Below are positions 12,481-24,298 of a stretch of DNA of 64,000 nt, piece after piece (position 1 is the stretch's first letter; every line of letters begins with the position of its first letter). The stretch comes from Haliotis cracherodii (Eukaryota), in contig NW_027266273.1 in the NCBI RefSeq assembly GCF_022045235.1, forward strand, positions 24,180,001-24,244,000. The letters are read 5' to 3'. The position numbers and the translations under genes are program-made. The notes under the pieces were generated by a model that saw only the letters and a list, made by a program, of their open reading frames with translations, ran no database searches and had not been told where the DNA came from.

Positions 12481-13219
12481 ATACAGTGTACACAGATGTT
12501 GCAAATTGTATTAATGAACTAAGCCTTACCTCACACACTGAATTGTCATGAAGATTGAAGGTAGATAGAACCTCTTGTCTGGCAAGTGCTATGGTATAAA
12601 CAGTTGACACCGCCTATCCCGGGGAATAATTTCATCGACCAATCATCAACGTTAGATCTGTGACGGTAGTACTGCGTCTGTCAGGGGATGCCCAACGCTG
12701 GATAAACTGTCATGCCATGGATCTCGCCTGAATTGAACATAATGTCGACCTCTCGTTATTGTTGATGCAGCTGATTCTGAGCCAGGAACTCATTGGCCAT
12801 TCCAAAAGTGTATTCTAACACATAAAACTAACGCAACTATAGGTCTGTATGCAGAAACATACAGAAATTATGAATCAACCATGGGGGGAATGACTCGAAT
12901 ATGAAAAAGGCTAGATGATTCAACTTCAGGATCAACAGATTCCCGTGTTTTTTTTGTCTATAACAGGAATCTTTCCGCTTCAGTAGTACTGCCCCTCCGA
13001 TACAGTTTCTTGTTATGTTAGTAAGTTGGCTGGGCGTTGATTTTCTCAGATGTGGAAGTTGAGGTGAATCAGGGCAAGATATAGATATACACACCAACAT
13101 CAATAACATACTTGATGCCGCGCACGTATGGCAGACATTCAAGTCATGCGAAAGTCCAGGGCCAGCGATGTGCCTTGCGTCCGACACATGCTTGACCTGT
13201 TTTTGAAATCGTATTGTGA

Positions 13220-13840
13220 TATTTTCTGTACAAGAAAACATTGACAGTCCATACTATCTGTACAAGAACACACTGACGGTCCATAGTATCTGTCCTGGAA
13301 AACATGGCGGTCTGTATTATATGTACTAGAAACCATAGACTGTCCATATTATCTGTACGAGAGAACATTGACGGTCCAAAGTATCTCTGTAAGATAACAC
13401 TGACGGTCTGTATTATCTCTAAAAGAAAAGACTGACGGTCTATATTATCTGTACTAGATAACATTAACGGTCTATATTATCTGTACTAGATATCATTGAC
13501 GGCCTATATTATCTGTACTAGATATCATTGACGGCCTATATTATCTGTACAAGAAAACATTAATGGTCCATAGTATCTGTACTAGATATCATTGACGGTC
13601 TATAGTATCTGTACTAGATATCATTGACGGCCTATATTATCTGTACAAGAAAACATTAATGGTCCATAGTATATGTACTAGATATCATTGACGGTCTATA
13701 CTATCTGTACAAGAACACATTAACGGTCTATATTATCTGTACTAGATAACATTAATGGTCCATATTATCTGTACTAGATATTGACAGTCAATAGTATCTG
13801 TACTGGAAACCGTTGACGTCAATATCATCTGTACTACAAA
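13220..13840. repeat. 32-bp minisatellite
   Basis: Unit ~ctgtactagatatcattgacggtctatattat (e.g. ctgtac at 13449 and 13481). Confidence 0.9.
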
Positions 13841-14546
13841 ACACAGTTATTATTTCCATTTAACAAAATCACACAGATTTAGACAATGTAATTTTCACTA
13901 TCACACACATGAGTTTTTATGGTTTATAAACAACTACTATGATAGAGATCTCGTCATAAAATACTGTACGTTGTGATTTACTGCGGATTACGAGTTGATT
14001 GTGACATGAATGTTTGTAATGTACCGAGGTGATGCTTTACGAGGGATACGAATTACACATATACAATAACCCTGTATAGCACGTTAAGAGGCAAGTCACG
14101 TTTACCAACTGACTGAGTCCGGCTTTCTCCTGTACCTTCAATGCTTGATTATAACACAAAAGGTAAGCACCTGTTTCCTTTTATTGCATATTACAGATGT
14201 GTAAATGGTACTGTAAATGAACAGAATTCGTTCTAGCACACACAAGCGCCTGGGGATCAGCGACAACTATTCGGAAGATACGAGTTGGGTGATCCTCGTC
14301 TCTGCCTCGTTTAGTCATTGGCGCCATCGGGACTTGAACGTCATCGAAACGCATTATCATCAAATCGAAGCTAACCGAACCACAGAATTAGACCTCGACT
14401 CATTAACAGCAGTTAACACTGATGTAAGCTCATACTTTAAGACACGGTACAGGTGTAGTAGGGCGTGGTGTCACACCAAACAGTTGACATCTTCACCGCC
14501 TGCTCGCGTGGTCTTCAATTTATTGGTATTTTTAACTTTTTCAGTC

Positions 14547-16418
14547 AGATAGATAGATAATTTATTCGTACAAAGCTGTGAGGCCACAGGCCCATAGTAT
14601 ACAGCGTTTAGAATGCAGTTTTATACACCATAAACTAATTTCTAACCGACATAGCATGATATAGTATATATATATTGACAAATTGTGTATGACATCAAGT
14701 TTAACTGAAGCTTTTAGAATGACAAATCTGTGTTACTTTGATTCACAAAAATCTCTCATTTTTAAGTACAGACTTCTTGTTGTACCTTCAATTAGTTTGT
14801 GGGAACTACATCGAAATTGTGTAATTATATATTTTCTAAGATTGACATTAATAAATAAGCTTGTGTGTATATGAGATTTTAAAAACTTATTGCAATTACA
14901 TTTACTAGAAGAGTCTACAATAGAAAGCGTTTTTGTGAAGGTATATATCTGTTTGCCTGATGGACAACAATACTTTATCTGGGTTTTCTGGTACACATTG
15001 TTCATTCCATACATAACTGTATCCACATTCGTTTAACAAACGTTTTACATATTAAAAAAAACAAATTTTGAACTCCATAGCTTTAATATAACAACATCAT
15101 ATTTTCACATTTTCTTGGCAATATGTAAAACGGCATATTTATAATTTTAAACCAATATTTTATTTATTCTAATGTACTGAAACACAAAAAGGTACCCGCC
15201 CACTTTCGCCATAGATCATAACACTACACTGTACACAGTACACTGTTTGACACCAAGAAATCTTTTACATGCATACAAGTGTACTAGTCCAATCGCCCTG
15301 TACCCATAGAAGCCCAGTATCTCTGAGCCATATTATTAGTTATGGTGTCTTTAGTGGCCGTATACGGTGTTATATTAGGTTAGAAGAAAAATATTTGGCC
15401 ATATGTTTCCGAAAAGCGTACACTATTTGGTATATTTATCGCACATGTCAAGTCCAACGTACAACCGGTACAAATAAAAGGACCAGTTCATATGTTTCCG
15501 ATTTAATGTAAACATAAATGTTAACAATGGAAGATATTATGTGAATGTTTAAACAAGTTTTATAGCTAAAATGTATCGAATTTTCATAAAAATGCTAACA
15601 ATGGAAGATATTATGTGAATGATTAAACAAGTTTTATAGCTAAAATGTATCGAATTTTCATAAAAATGCTCGCATGTTAACAGAACTCTGCGGGCAACTG
15701 TAACTTACAGCAGTTCGCTTACCTCTAACGACGGGCTGCTATCAATTCTATTGCTATTTGACGTCATTGACGTCACGTTTCTTGTTTGTGACGCCCTCCA
15801 ATATTATGTTTATGCTATTTGTAACTCAGTGACCTACGTTGTAAGTTTTTTCTCTCTATACTGTTTATTGATATAGTCACGAACGTGGTTTCTTTAAACA
15901 TTAATGTCCTTGTGCATCACAATTAATGAAAGTAAAACACAAAACAGTGTCGAATAACGAATTTCTGTACCAGAATTTTCATGTGAAATATATGAGGCAG
16001 GTTTTGTAAAGTCCAAAATGGCTGTTACTGACGATATACGGGCTCATATGGGGGTTAGTCGTTCTGCTCTCTGATTGGTCAATCTCACTTTGAGGCATAA
16101 TAAAAAAGTATAGCAAATAGTTTTCCATAATTTATCTTTAATAATGTGTTATTAGAAAGATCACTCCGGTTTTTAAATTTTGTAATATTCCTAATAATAT
16201 TTTCTAAGCTTACGTTGCTGCATGACAAGTACACTAGTATTCCTGGATAACTTGCTTGAAAATGAAAGCCCAAGGTATTTATATAATGTGACAGTTACAA
16301 TTGTTTCCTTCGAAAGACCAGTTTTATTCATATTAACATTAAGTTTCCATTTCTCACAGTATGATTTTAACTGACTGATCAAATGTAAACCTTCATAGTA
16401 CTTGAAAACATAACAATA
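14547..16418 (-). mobile_element. Old RTE-X-like LINE 3' part, interrupted by an insert at ~15190-16085
   Basis: Fragments YCEKWKLNVNMNKT, YKYLGLSFSSKLS and RKYIITQFRCSSHKL; 3' GGGCC-TGT-GGCCT hairpin, AATAAA and (ATCT)n tail at 14547-14593. Confidence 0.7.
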
Positions 16419-16419
16419 T

Positions 16420-19400
16420 TTGTTGTCGTTTGTACTAGTACGGACTTATGCCAGTGTTATGGTGCGAACTCACTGTGATACCACACCGCAGTTTAACATG
16501 GATCCTTGTTGTATGTCTTTAATGTCGTGCGCAAGGCAGGGTAAAACAAGTACATCTGTTAAAGCCCTGTCGCATTACGCCATCAGGGAACTGGGCAAAT
16601 GGGGTGGGGGCATGCTGGGTAATGTAGGCGAACGGCCGTGTTTACTGAGATCCCGAGATGGGTAGAAAGTCTGTTTCTTTGACTCTGAGACTTGTTTTGA
16701 TGTTGTTTACACTACTGACTGTATGTTGTGACGTGGAAGCTAATCCCGGTCCGGACACCCGACAATCAGCGCTCTCGCAGAAAGATACAGGTGCTGTCTG
16801 TATTTCAAAGACAAAATACACAAACGATGATATCATGCAAGCTCTGTTAGACTGATATTTAAACAGTGAACGAGCGTGTAACGACAATGGACATGAAAGT
16901 CGACAAAATGGCGGCTGAGGTATGCGAACAACGAGACGAAATCGCTCAGCTTTGTGATGATAATAAAGTACAACAGATCAACAGATCAGTGCGATGAATG
17001 TATGCACGACCAATGGAAACAGGATATCAACAAACATCATAGGCACGCAGTCTAACCAACAGCACATACACGCCCCTTGTTTACGTCGGAATCTGGACCC
17101 GGAAATGGAAGGGAGAGCACTCCGGACAGAGGTCCGCGATCGACAACATGGAGATGAGGAGAAGGCCAAGGCACAAGTTGTAGTATTCTCAGTTGGAATA
17201 TTGATTGAGTGTACAAACACGCGAGCTCTTCATTTAGTGATTTTAAACAGTTCTGCAGTAGATACGACATTATTAGTTTCTGTGAGTCGTTTGTTAAGCA
17301 GGAAGATGACTTTGGCGATCTATTGTCCGATTTTCAATCATTTAACTTTTGTCGACCTAAACATAAACAACGTGGCCGTTACAGTGGTGGTGTAACCGTA
17401 TTGGTGAAAGATAATTTCATCAAGAACAATCTTATTCGTCGAATATGTCATTCATTTATCGACTGTGCTGTGTTGCACTTTCAAACAAATTTTTTGGATT
17501 ACAAAAAGATTCAGTTTTAATATTTGTTTATATCTCGCCTGAAAACTCCCCTGTTTATAATGAGGCCAACATTGATCCCATAAGTTTTCTTGAGGGATAT
17601 ATTGAGACAATCATAAATAGTTATAACAATCATTACCTACTACTTGCTGGAGATTTCAATGCAAGGATGCGTACATTTCTGGATTATATCCCAGCTGATG
17701 ACCTCAACTTCATCCATGAGAACAGTGATGACTATCCAACTGATGGGTTCGATATTCCCCGTAAAACAAAGGATAACACTCGATACAACAGTTACGGTGT
17801 CCAACTAGCAGAATTATGTTGCACACATGATGTCCATGTACTAAACAGGCGGTTATTTGATGATATGGATTGAAACTTGACTTGTATCACTCACAATGGT
17901 GCCAGTGTGGTGGACTATTTTCTGGCAATTACAGATTTATTTCCACATTTTAGCTCCTTTGGTGTTCATGAGAGAGATGAATCTAACCACTTCCCTCTTT
18001 TCTGTACTATTGTCTTTCCACTTAATTACTCTGAGGAATCCAACAGCAACCCCAATGTTTTTAATAATAGTCATATTAGTAATGAAAAACATCAAGATTC
18101 AGCTCAGCAAGAAAGATGGACCAAGTATACACAGTAAATCATTTATGGTGAATTTCCAAGATATAGACAGACAGATTGAAGAAAATGTAGAAGACAGTGT
18201 AGATACTTTAACAGACCTTTACCATAGAGACAGATTGGTGGGATGATCCCTTGGTGGGATGATCAGCTGGAAGTATTAAAACAAAAGAAATATGCAGCTC
18301 TAAGGCTCCATAGGAAAGATGGCCAGGGTATTGCTATATATATAGAATGTAAAAGGAAATTTAAAGAAACATTTCATTTGAAAAAGGAAGATTATTGCCA
18401 TAAACAGAGGGAAATTCTCAGTGCATCCAGACATGATTAAAAAATCCTTTTGGAAACTGTTAAAATCCTGCAGAGTAAATCATAAGAATCCTTCCAACAT
18501 AACAGTAGATCAGTGGTTTGAACATTTTATTAACCTGTTGAACTGTAATTCTGTCTGCAGCTATGATTACAGTGACCCAATATGGGAATACACAGAGGCA
18601 GATGACAGTGACTATTTATGTGAATTAAATTACCCTTTTACACAAGAGGAAATTAATGCGAGTTTGAAACAAAACAAGCAAATTTCCTGGCCCAGATGGC
18701 ATAGTTAACCAATTCTTTAAAGCAACTAAGAACTATATCTCACCATTATTAACAAAACTATTCAATAAACTTTATGACAGTGGTATATTTCCTAGTAGTT
18801 GGGGCAAGAGTATTATTTGTCCCTTACACAAATCAGGCAGCTTGTCAGACCCAAATAATTACAGAGGCATTTCCATGATAAATTCATTGTTTAAAGTTCT
18901 TACAACAGGAGTTAACAACAGACTTCAACATTGGTGTGATAACAACAATATTATTTCTGAATTTCAAGCTGACTTCAGAAAAAAATATTCCACTATTGAC
19001 CAGATATTTACCCTACAAGCTATGGTCAAAAAGAGAGATGGAAGGTTTTATTGTCTTTTTATAGACTTTTCAAAAGCTTTTGACAGTGTGAACCACAAAA
19101 CGTTATTTAACAGACTCCTTCAACTGGGAGTTAAAGGTAAATTTCTCACGTTTATAATTCAGATGTATTCAACACTATGTGCATGTGTGAGACCTGATTG
19201 TGGATACTTCAAGTGTACCACGGGTACTCGTCAGGGGTGTATCTTCAGATATTCATCATATTTATTAATCTGTTAGTTTCAATGTTGGAGGAAAAAGGTG
19301 GTAGAGATGTGTTTATATCTACTCACATCCCTGATGTATTTGCTCTGTTATTTGCTGATGATGTGTCAACCGTCTCTGATACTGCTCTACAGCTTCAACA

Positions 19401-20676
19401 GAAAATAAATACCCCGAGGAATTCTGTGATGACACTGGCATGAAAGTCAATCTGAATAAGACTAAAATAATAGTATTTCGGAATGGAGGTCCTCTTCGAA
19501 GTTGTGAAAAGTGGTTTTTGAATGGTCAACAGATAGATGTTGTCAACATGTACAGATATTTAGGAATTATTTTCTCACCAAAGTTATCTTGGACCAAGGC
19601 CCAAGCATGTCTAGCAGCCCAGGCAAGGAAAGCACTTCTATCAATAAACGAGTATAATTATCAAAAACAATTTGGATACATTAATCACCATGATCTTTTT
19701 AATATTGCTATGCTATGATTTCACCAATCCGATGTTATGGATCAGAGATCTTGGGAACCAGCTACTGTAACATTATTGAGAGTGTCCATAACGGATTCTG
19801 CAAATCCTTTTTGAAAGTAAATAAGTTCACCAATAACAACATGGTTCTAGGAGACTGTGGTAGGATCCCCCTACAGTATAACTACATGTCAAGAGCAGTC
19901 AAGTACTGGTGCAGACTAATTCAGATGGAACAACACAGGCTACCCATCCAAGCTTATCATATACTAAAGTCTCTTGATGATAATGGTAAAATTACATGGG
20001 CATCACACATTAGAATGATTTTATTCCAGTTTGGATTTGGTTTTGTTTGGCTAAGCCAAGACATTGGTAATATTCAACATTTCATGACATATTTTAAACG
20101 AAGATTTTACGACTGCCTCACTCAATATTGGCACTTTTCCCTGACATCATCAATGAAAAATGCAATTACTACTCACAGTTCAAGTCATTACTAAATGTGG
20201 AATCATACATAACTTGTGATATGTCTTCTACCAACGTAGACTTATAGCCATGTTCCGGTGTAATAATTTCAGACTTGCTGTCGAACTGGGGTGTCACAAC
20301 AACATCCCATATAATAAACGTGTCTGCACTTTCTGTTTTTCAAAGAGACATAACCATGTTGAAGATGAATTCCATGTTCTTATGATTTGTGACCAGTATT
20401 CTAGAGCAAGAAGAAACTCTTTTCCCAAGCGTCTCGTTACCCCTCCCTCTATTGAGATTTTTATAAGACTCAGCTGAAAACAAACAAATTATAAAAAGGC
20501 TTCGGTACATTTCCCTCCCAAGTCATGAACATCGAAAGGAAACACAGTGTGGGACGGTAAATCATTATTAAATCTACTCAGCATGCAAATATATATATAT
20601 ATATATATATATACAGTATATTGCCATTGTATTATGGGCCGGTGGCCTGAAGTACCGAATTTTTTTTGTCTGTCTG
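16420..20676 (+). mobile_element. RTE-X-like LINE, near full length, decayed (frameshifts and stops)
   Basis: ORF1 remnant with DVEANPGP and a coiled coil. ORF2 APE (SILSWNID, GRYSGGV, LAGDFNAR, SVVDYF, SNHFP), RT (NYRGIS, FIDFSKAFDSV, GTRQGC, LFADD, YRYLG) and C-terminal RVCTFC...EDEFHVLMIC knuckle. 3' GGGCC-GGT-GGCCT and (TCTG)n tail. Clade call is from motif recall; 5' boundary approximate. Confidence 0.85.
16730..16753 (+). other. 2A/StopGo-like motif DVEANPGP in the LINE ORF1 region
   Basis: GAC GTG GAA GCT AAT CCC GGT CCG after hydrophobic LVLMLFTLLTVCC; exact match to D(V/I)ExNPGP. Confidence 0.75.
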
Positions 20677-20739
20677 CAATGCTCTATCAACTGGAGCACG
20701 GAGGTGTCCTGTGTTCGGCTTCAGGGGAGGGGGTGACTG

Positions 20740-20826
20740 GAAGAATATATTAATGAGTCCAAAAAGAGTATTATATCTGGTTAAGTCTACAACTACAGAG
20801 TACGTTGCATGCTGTTCAAGGTAAGT
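20740..20826 (+). promoter_or_regulatory. Putative promoter and non-coding first exon of paralogue B
   Basis: AT-rich TATA-like words (aatatattaat, tattatat), consensus donor AAG|GTAAGT at 20821, and acceptor ctctgtgtag ending at 21030, 7 nt before the ATG. Confidence 0.45.
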
Positions 20827-21037
20827 ACAAACTGGTTTAGATTTTGATAGTTATTTCGCTGTTTAATATTTGGATGAAAATGAGAAACGTAGACACAGCC
20901 TCAACGTTTTTATGAAAACGAATTAGGACAACTGTGATTAGTCCATACATGGAAATTTTTGGGTAATGCATTTAATGGTATTGCAAATTAGTTGTGAGTA
21001 TTTGATGTGTGTTTGATACTCTCTGTGTAGACTGAAG

Positions 21038-22657
21038 ATGGTGAACAAGACCACTCTCCTCCAAGCCTTCGCCATTCTGGTGCTTCCGGTGTTTTTGGTG
21101 ACAGTGATCTTCAACATCCTCGCCGGTCTCCCAGACACAGGTAAACATGGGGCACCACAACAGGGCATGTGAGCAGCGTCCCTGGCGGGATCCGATGTTC
21201 ATTGGTTCCAATTCCAAATTCGACCTCGTTGTGATCTGTGGTCTGTTAGAACTGCAACAGGGTGACAAAAAGTACGAGGTCTACTAAACTGCTGGCAAAA
21301 GAAAGTATACACCAATATTTGATATAGCTGACACAAACAACAAATGGTTATTCGATGATGATGTATATGATAGGGTATTACAGTTTTGTTTTGGACATGT
21401 TGGCAGTGTTGCGGCGACTCGATGCCCAGCAGCGTTTGGATAACGTTTATAATTTTTTATCAAATCTAATTTTCAGGTGCTTACTTTATGTTCCGTTTAC
21501 TTTTTGGCTTTTGTCAGTTTTGGATTTTCTTCCACATTAAGATGTCAGTGCCATGCAGTTGTGAAGCACGATCCAGTAGACCTACTTCTGCCTCTTGCTA
21601 CCTTGTGTTCATATATTCAATATTAGTCTTTTACAAATGGGCCAAACTTTTACATAATGTATGTTATATGATTAACTAGTGATAAAGAAACACGTAAATA
21701 CGTTCCTTATATCGCTGTGATTGTAACCAATATACCTCGATTTCAGGTGCTTTCGTGTTTCTGACCACAACTGCCGCAATCTCTGACCGGTTCATCTCAC
21801 AAATAACCCCCGCCGGCTTCACATTCATCATCTGGGGCCTGATATACGTCTGGCAGCTCGTGTGGATTATCTACGAGCTGACCCTTCTCTGCCGGAAGTC
21901 GGCCTCGGGGGAACCCCTCTTTCTGAAACCGATCCTCCTGACGACAGCATTCTTCGGCATCTACATCCTCAGCCTCGTCCTCAATGTGTTCTGGTTGTTC
22001 TTGTTCGACCGAGAGTTAATAGGACTGGCATTCGTGACTCTGGCTGGCATCTCAGTCACTCTCTACATCTGCCTCGGCCTGTCCTACCTAGCTATGTACA
22101 AGAACAGGTTCATCCTGTCCAATCAAAGTCGGAGGGTAGATATTGTCCTCATCTCTATATTTGTCCACAATGGTCTGGCCCTGTACGCCGCATGGACAAC
22201 TGTGGCCACCTTCATCAACATGGCCATCGTCATCACCTACCAGTCTCTGCCCCCAATTGACCCGGGTACTGCCTCAACCATTGCTCTCGGCTTCCTGGCA
22301 GCTGTCATCATCATCTACGTGGTCGTCGACCTCTCCGTATTTGACAAGTATACCCGCTACACCTTCACGCCCTATCCTGTCGTCATTTGGGCGTTTGTGG
22401 GCATCATTGCAAGAGGCTATAATTTGCTTGACGTTAATACTATCTTTGTCTTTGTCCTGCTGGCGCTGACTGTGGTGGCTTTCCTTGTGAAGATCGCATT
22501 AGCCATCTACAGAGCAATGACACAGCCGCTGTTTCCTCCTCCTGGGTCCGGGCCCGATGAGACCAAGGGAGAAGAGGTGACTCCGGAGGAAGACATGGAG
22601 AAGGCGACCACCACTGTAAAGCCCTCGGTCACAGCGAATGAGGTTGAACATGGGTAG
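21038..22657 (+). CDS. Paralogue B: ~8-TM TSPO/MBR-like membrane protein (337 aa)
   Basis: Coding exons 21038-21140 (MVNKTTLLQAFAILVLPVFLVTVIFNILAGLPDT) and 21747-22657; phase-1 GT-AG intron; 1014 nt open. Motifs ITPAGFTFIIWGLIYVWQ, LNVFWLFLFDR, HNGLALYAAWTTVATFIN; Pro/Glu-rich C-terminal tail. Confidence 0.92.
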
Positions 22658-23309
22658 AGTGAACATGGAACTGATGACTTGAAACCAGTTTTAAGGATTA
22701 TCCATGACAATTTCTGCTTACTTGACTTCGGCAACATCCAAGTCTCACGATTCAGATGACTAAATTAGTCCCAAGGCAGTCGTGTCGGGTGGTGGTATAT
22801 ATTCGTTTCTCAGTGCAGGTGCCCTTTGATTTCACGATAAGATAAGACACTTATCTTTTTGACAGGGTTGCCATCATGAGTGGTTATAGCTCACTTGAAT
22901 GAACCTCACATTTAGATCTACGCTTTTTCTTTAATATGGCTCTGCATATAGATATTTTAATGTTGATTATATAGTTATATTTGCCACCATCTTGAAAGAC
23001 ATTTTCACTCACTTGCATTTATTAAATATATTATCGTAATATATGATAAATATGAATGCCATTAGTAAACATATCGCTATGATAATGGATCGGTATTTTC
23101 GAGCAATTTTACACCTTTATTTTGCAGATGAATAATAATGGCCGACGGTGCTGTAGCTCACCTGGTAATTCAGCCTGATATTTTCATTGACAGTTCATTA
23201 CCGTTCTGTTGCTTTAGTGTTGCACAGATTTGCAATGTAATCAAAGTGTCACCAGTGATTCATCAGGAGACTGAAGCTTTTTTTTAACTCGTTGCCTGTG
23301 GTCGCCGAA

Positions 23310-23800
23310 GCACAGGTGGACAGCAGGACATCTTTGTAGACAGTGAGTTGGACAGCAGGACATATTTGTAGACAGTGACTTGGACAGCAGGACATCTTTG
23401 TAGACAGCCAGGTGGTCAGTAGGACATCATTGTCGACAGTCAGGTGGTCAGTAGGATATCTTTCTGGACAGCCAGGTGGTCAGTAGGACATCTTTGTAGG
23501 CAGTCAGGTGAACAGACGGACATCTGTGTAGACAGTCAGGTGGTCAGTAGGACATCTTTGTAGACAGCCAGGTAGTCGGTAGGACATCTTTGTAGACAGT
23601 CAGGTGGTCAGTAGGATATCTTTGTAGACAGCCAGGTGGTCGGTAGGACATCTTTGTAGACAGTCAGGTGGTCAGTAGGATAACTTTGTAGACAGCCAGG
23701 TGGTCAGTAGGATATCTTTGTAGACAGCCAGGTGGTCAGTAGGACATCTTTGTAGACAGCCAGGTGGTCAATAGGACATCTCTGTAGACAGTCATGTGAC
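23310..23800. repeat. 32-bp minisatellite
   Basis: Unit ~gacatctttgtagacagccaggtggtcagtag, ~15 copies. Confidence 0.9.
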
Positions 23801-24298
23801 GAGTACACAAAGTAACCACCCTGAAGTAACCCCAAACCAGTACATTTATAGTTCAGTGTCTGCCTTTTCCCGAACCGTTTTCTGTCTCTACCAAATATCT
23901 AGTTCCCCATAAATGCCGGACCCTCACCTCGTTCATAGTCTCCGAAATACTACGTAGTCTTGTTCTTGTTTTGAGCGGGAATACATGGCAATACCAGATA
24001 CATATCGATGTTCTAGGATGTGTCTGAATACTGCTATCAACTTACTAATAACTTCAGCCAGGTGTTTTAATATTTAATTTAGGACCTCCATTTTCTTATT
24101 ATATTTCCGCAATTATATGTATGTATATTATGCCTCCGACTGAAAGTGGCAAAAATTCATGTTGACAGCAATGTCAAGTACGGCCTGTGTGAGCAGGTAA
24201 CGATCTTGAAATAATCTACTCTACAATGCATTAAATTGTTTGCATCCATATTGTACGAACCAGCGCTAAAATCTGCAGCCATAACTTACGATGAGGCA

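Noticed and set aside
15190-16085. Insert splitting the old LINE, with a ~75-bp direct duplication at ~15518-15670
   Set aside because: Probably a non-autonomous DNA element, but I could not define TIRs, a TSD or coding remnants, so it is not classified.
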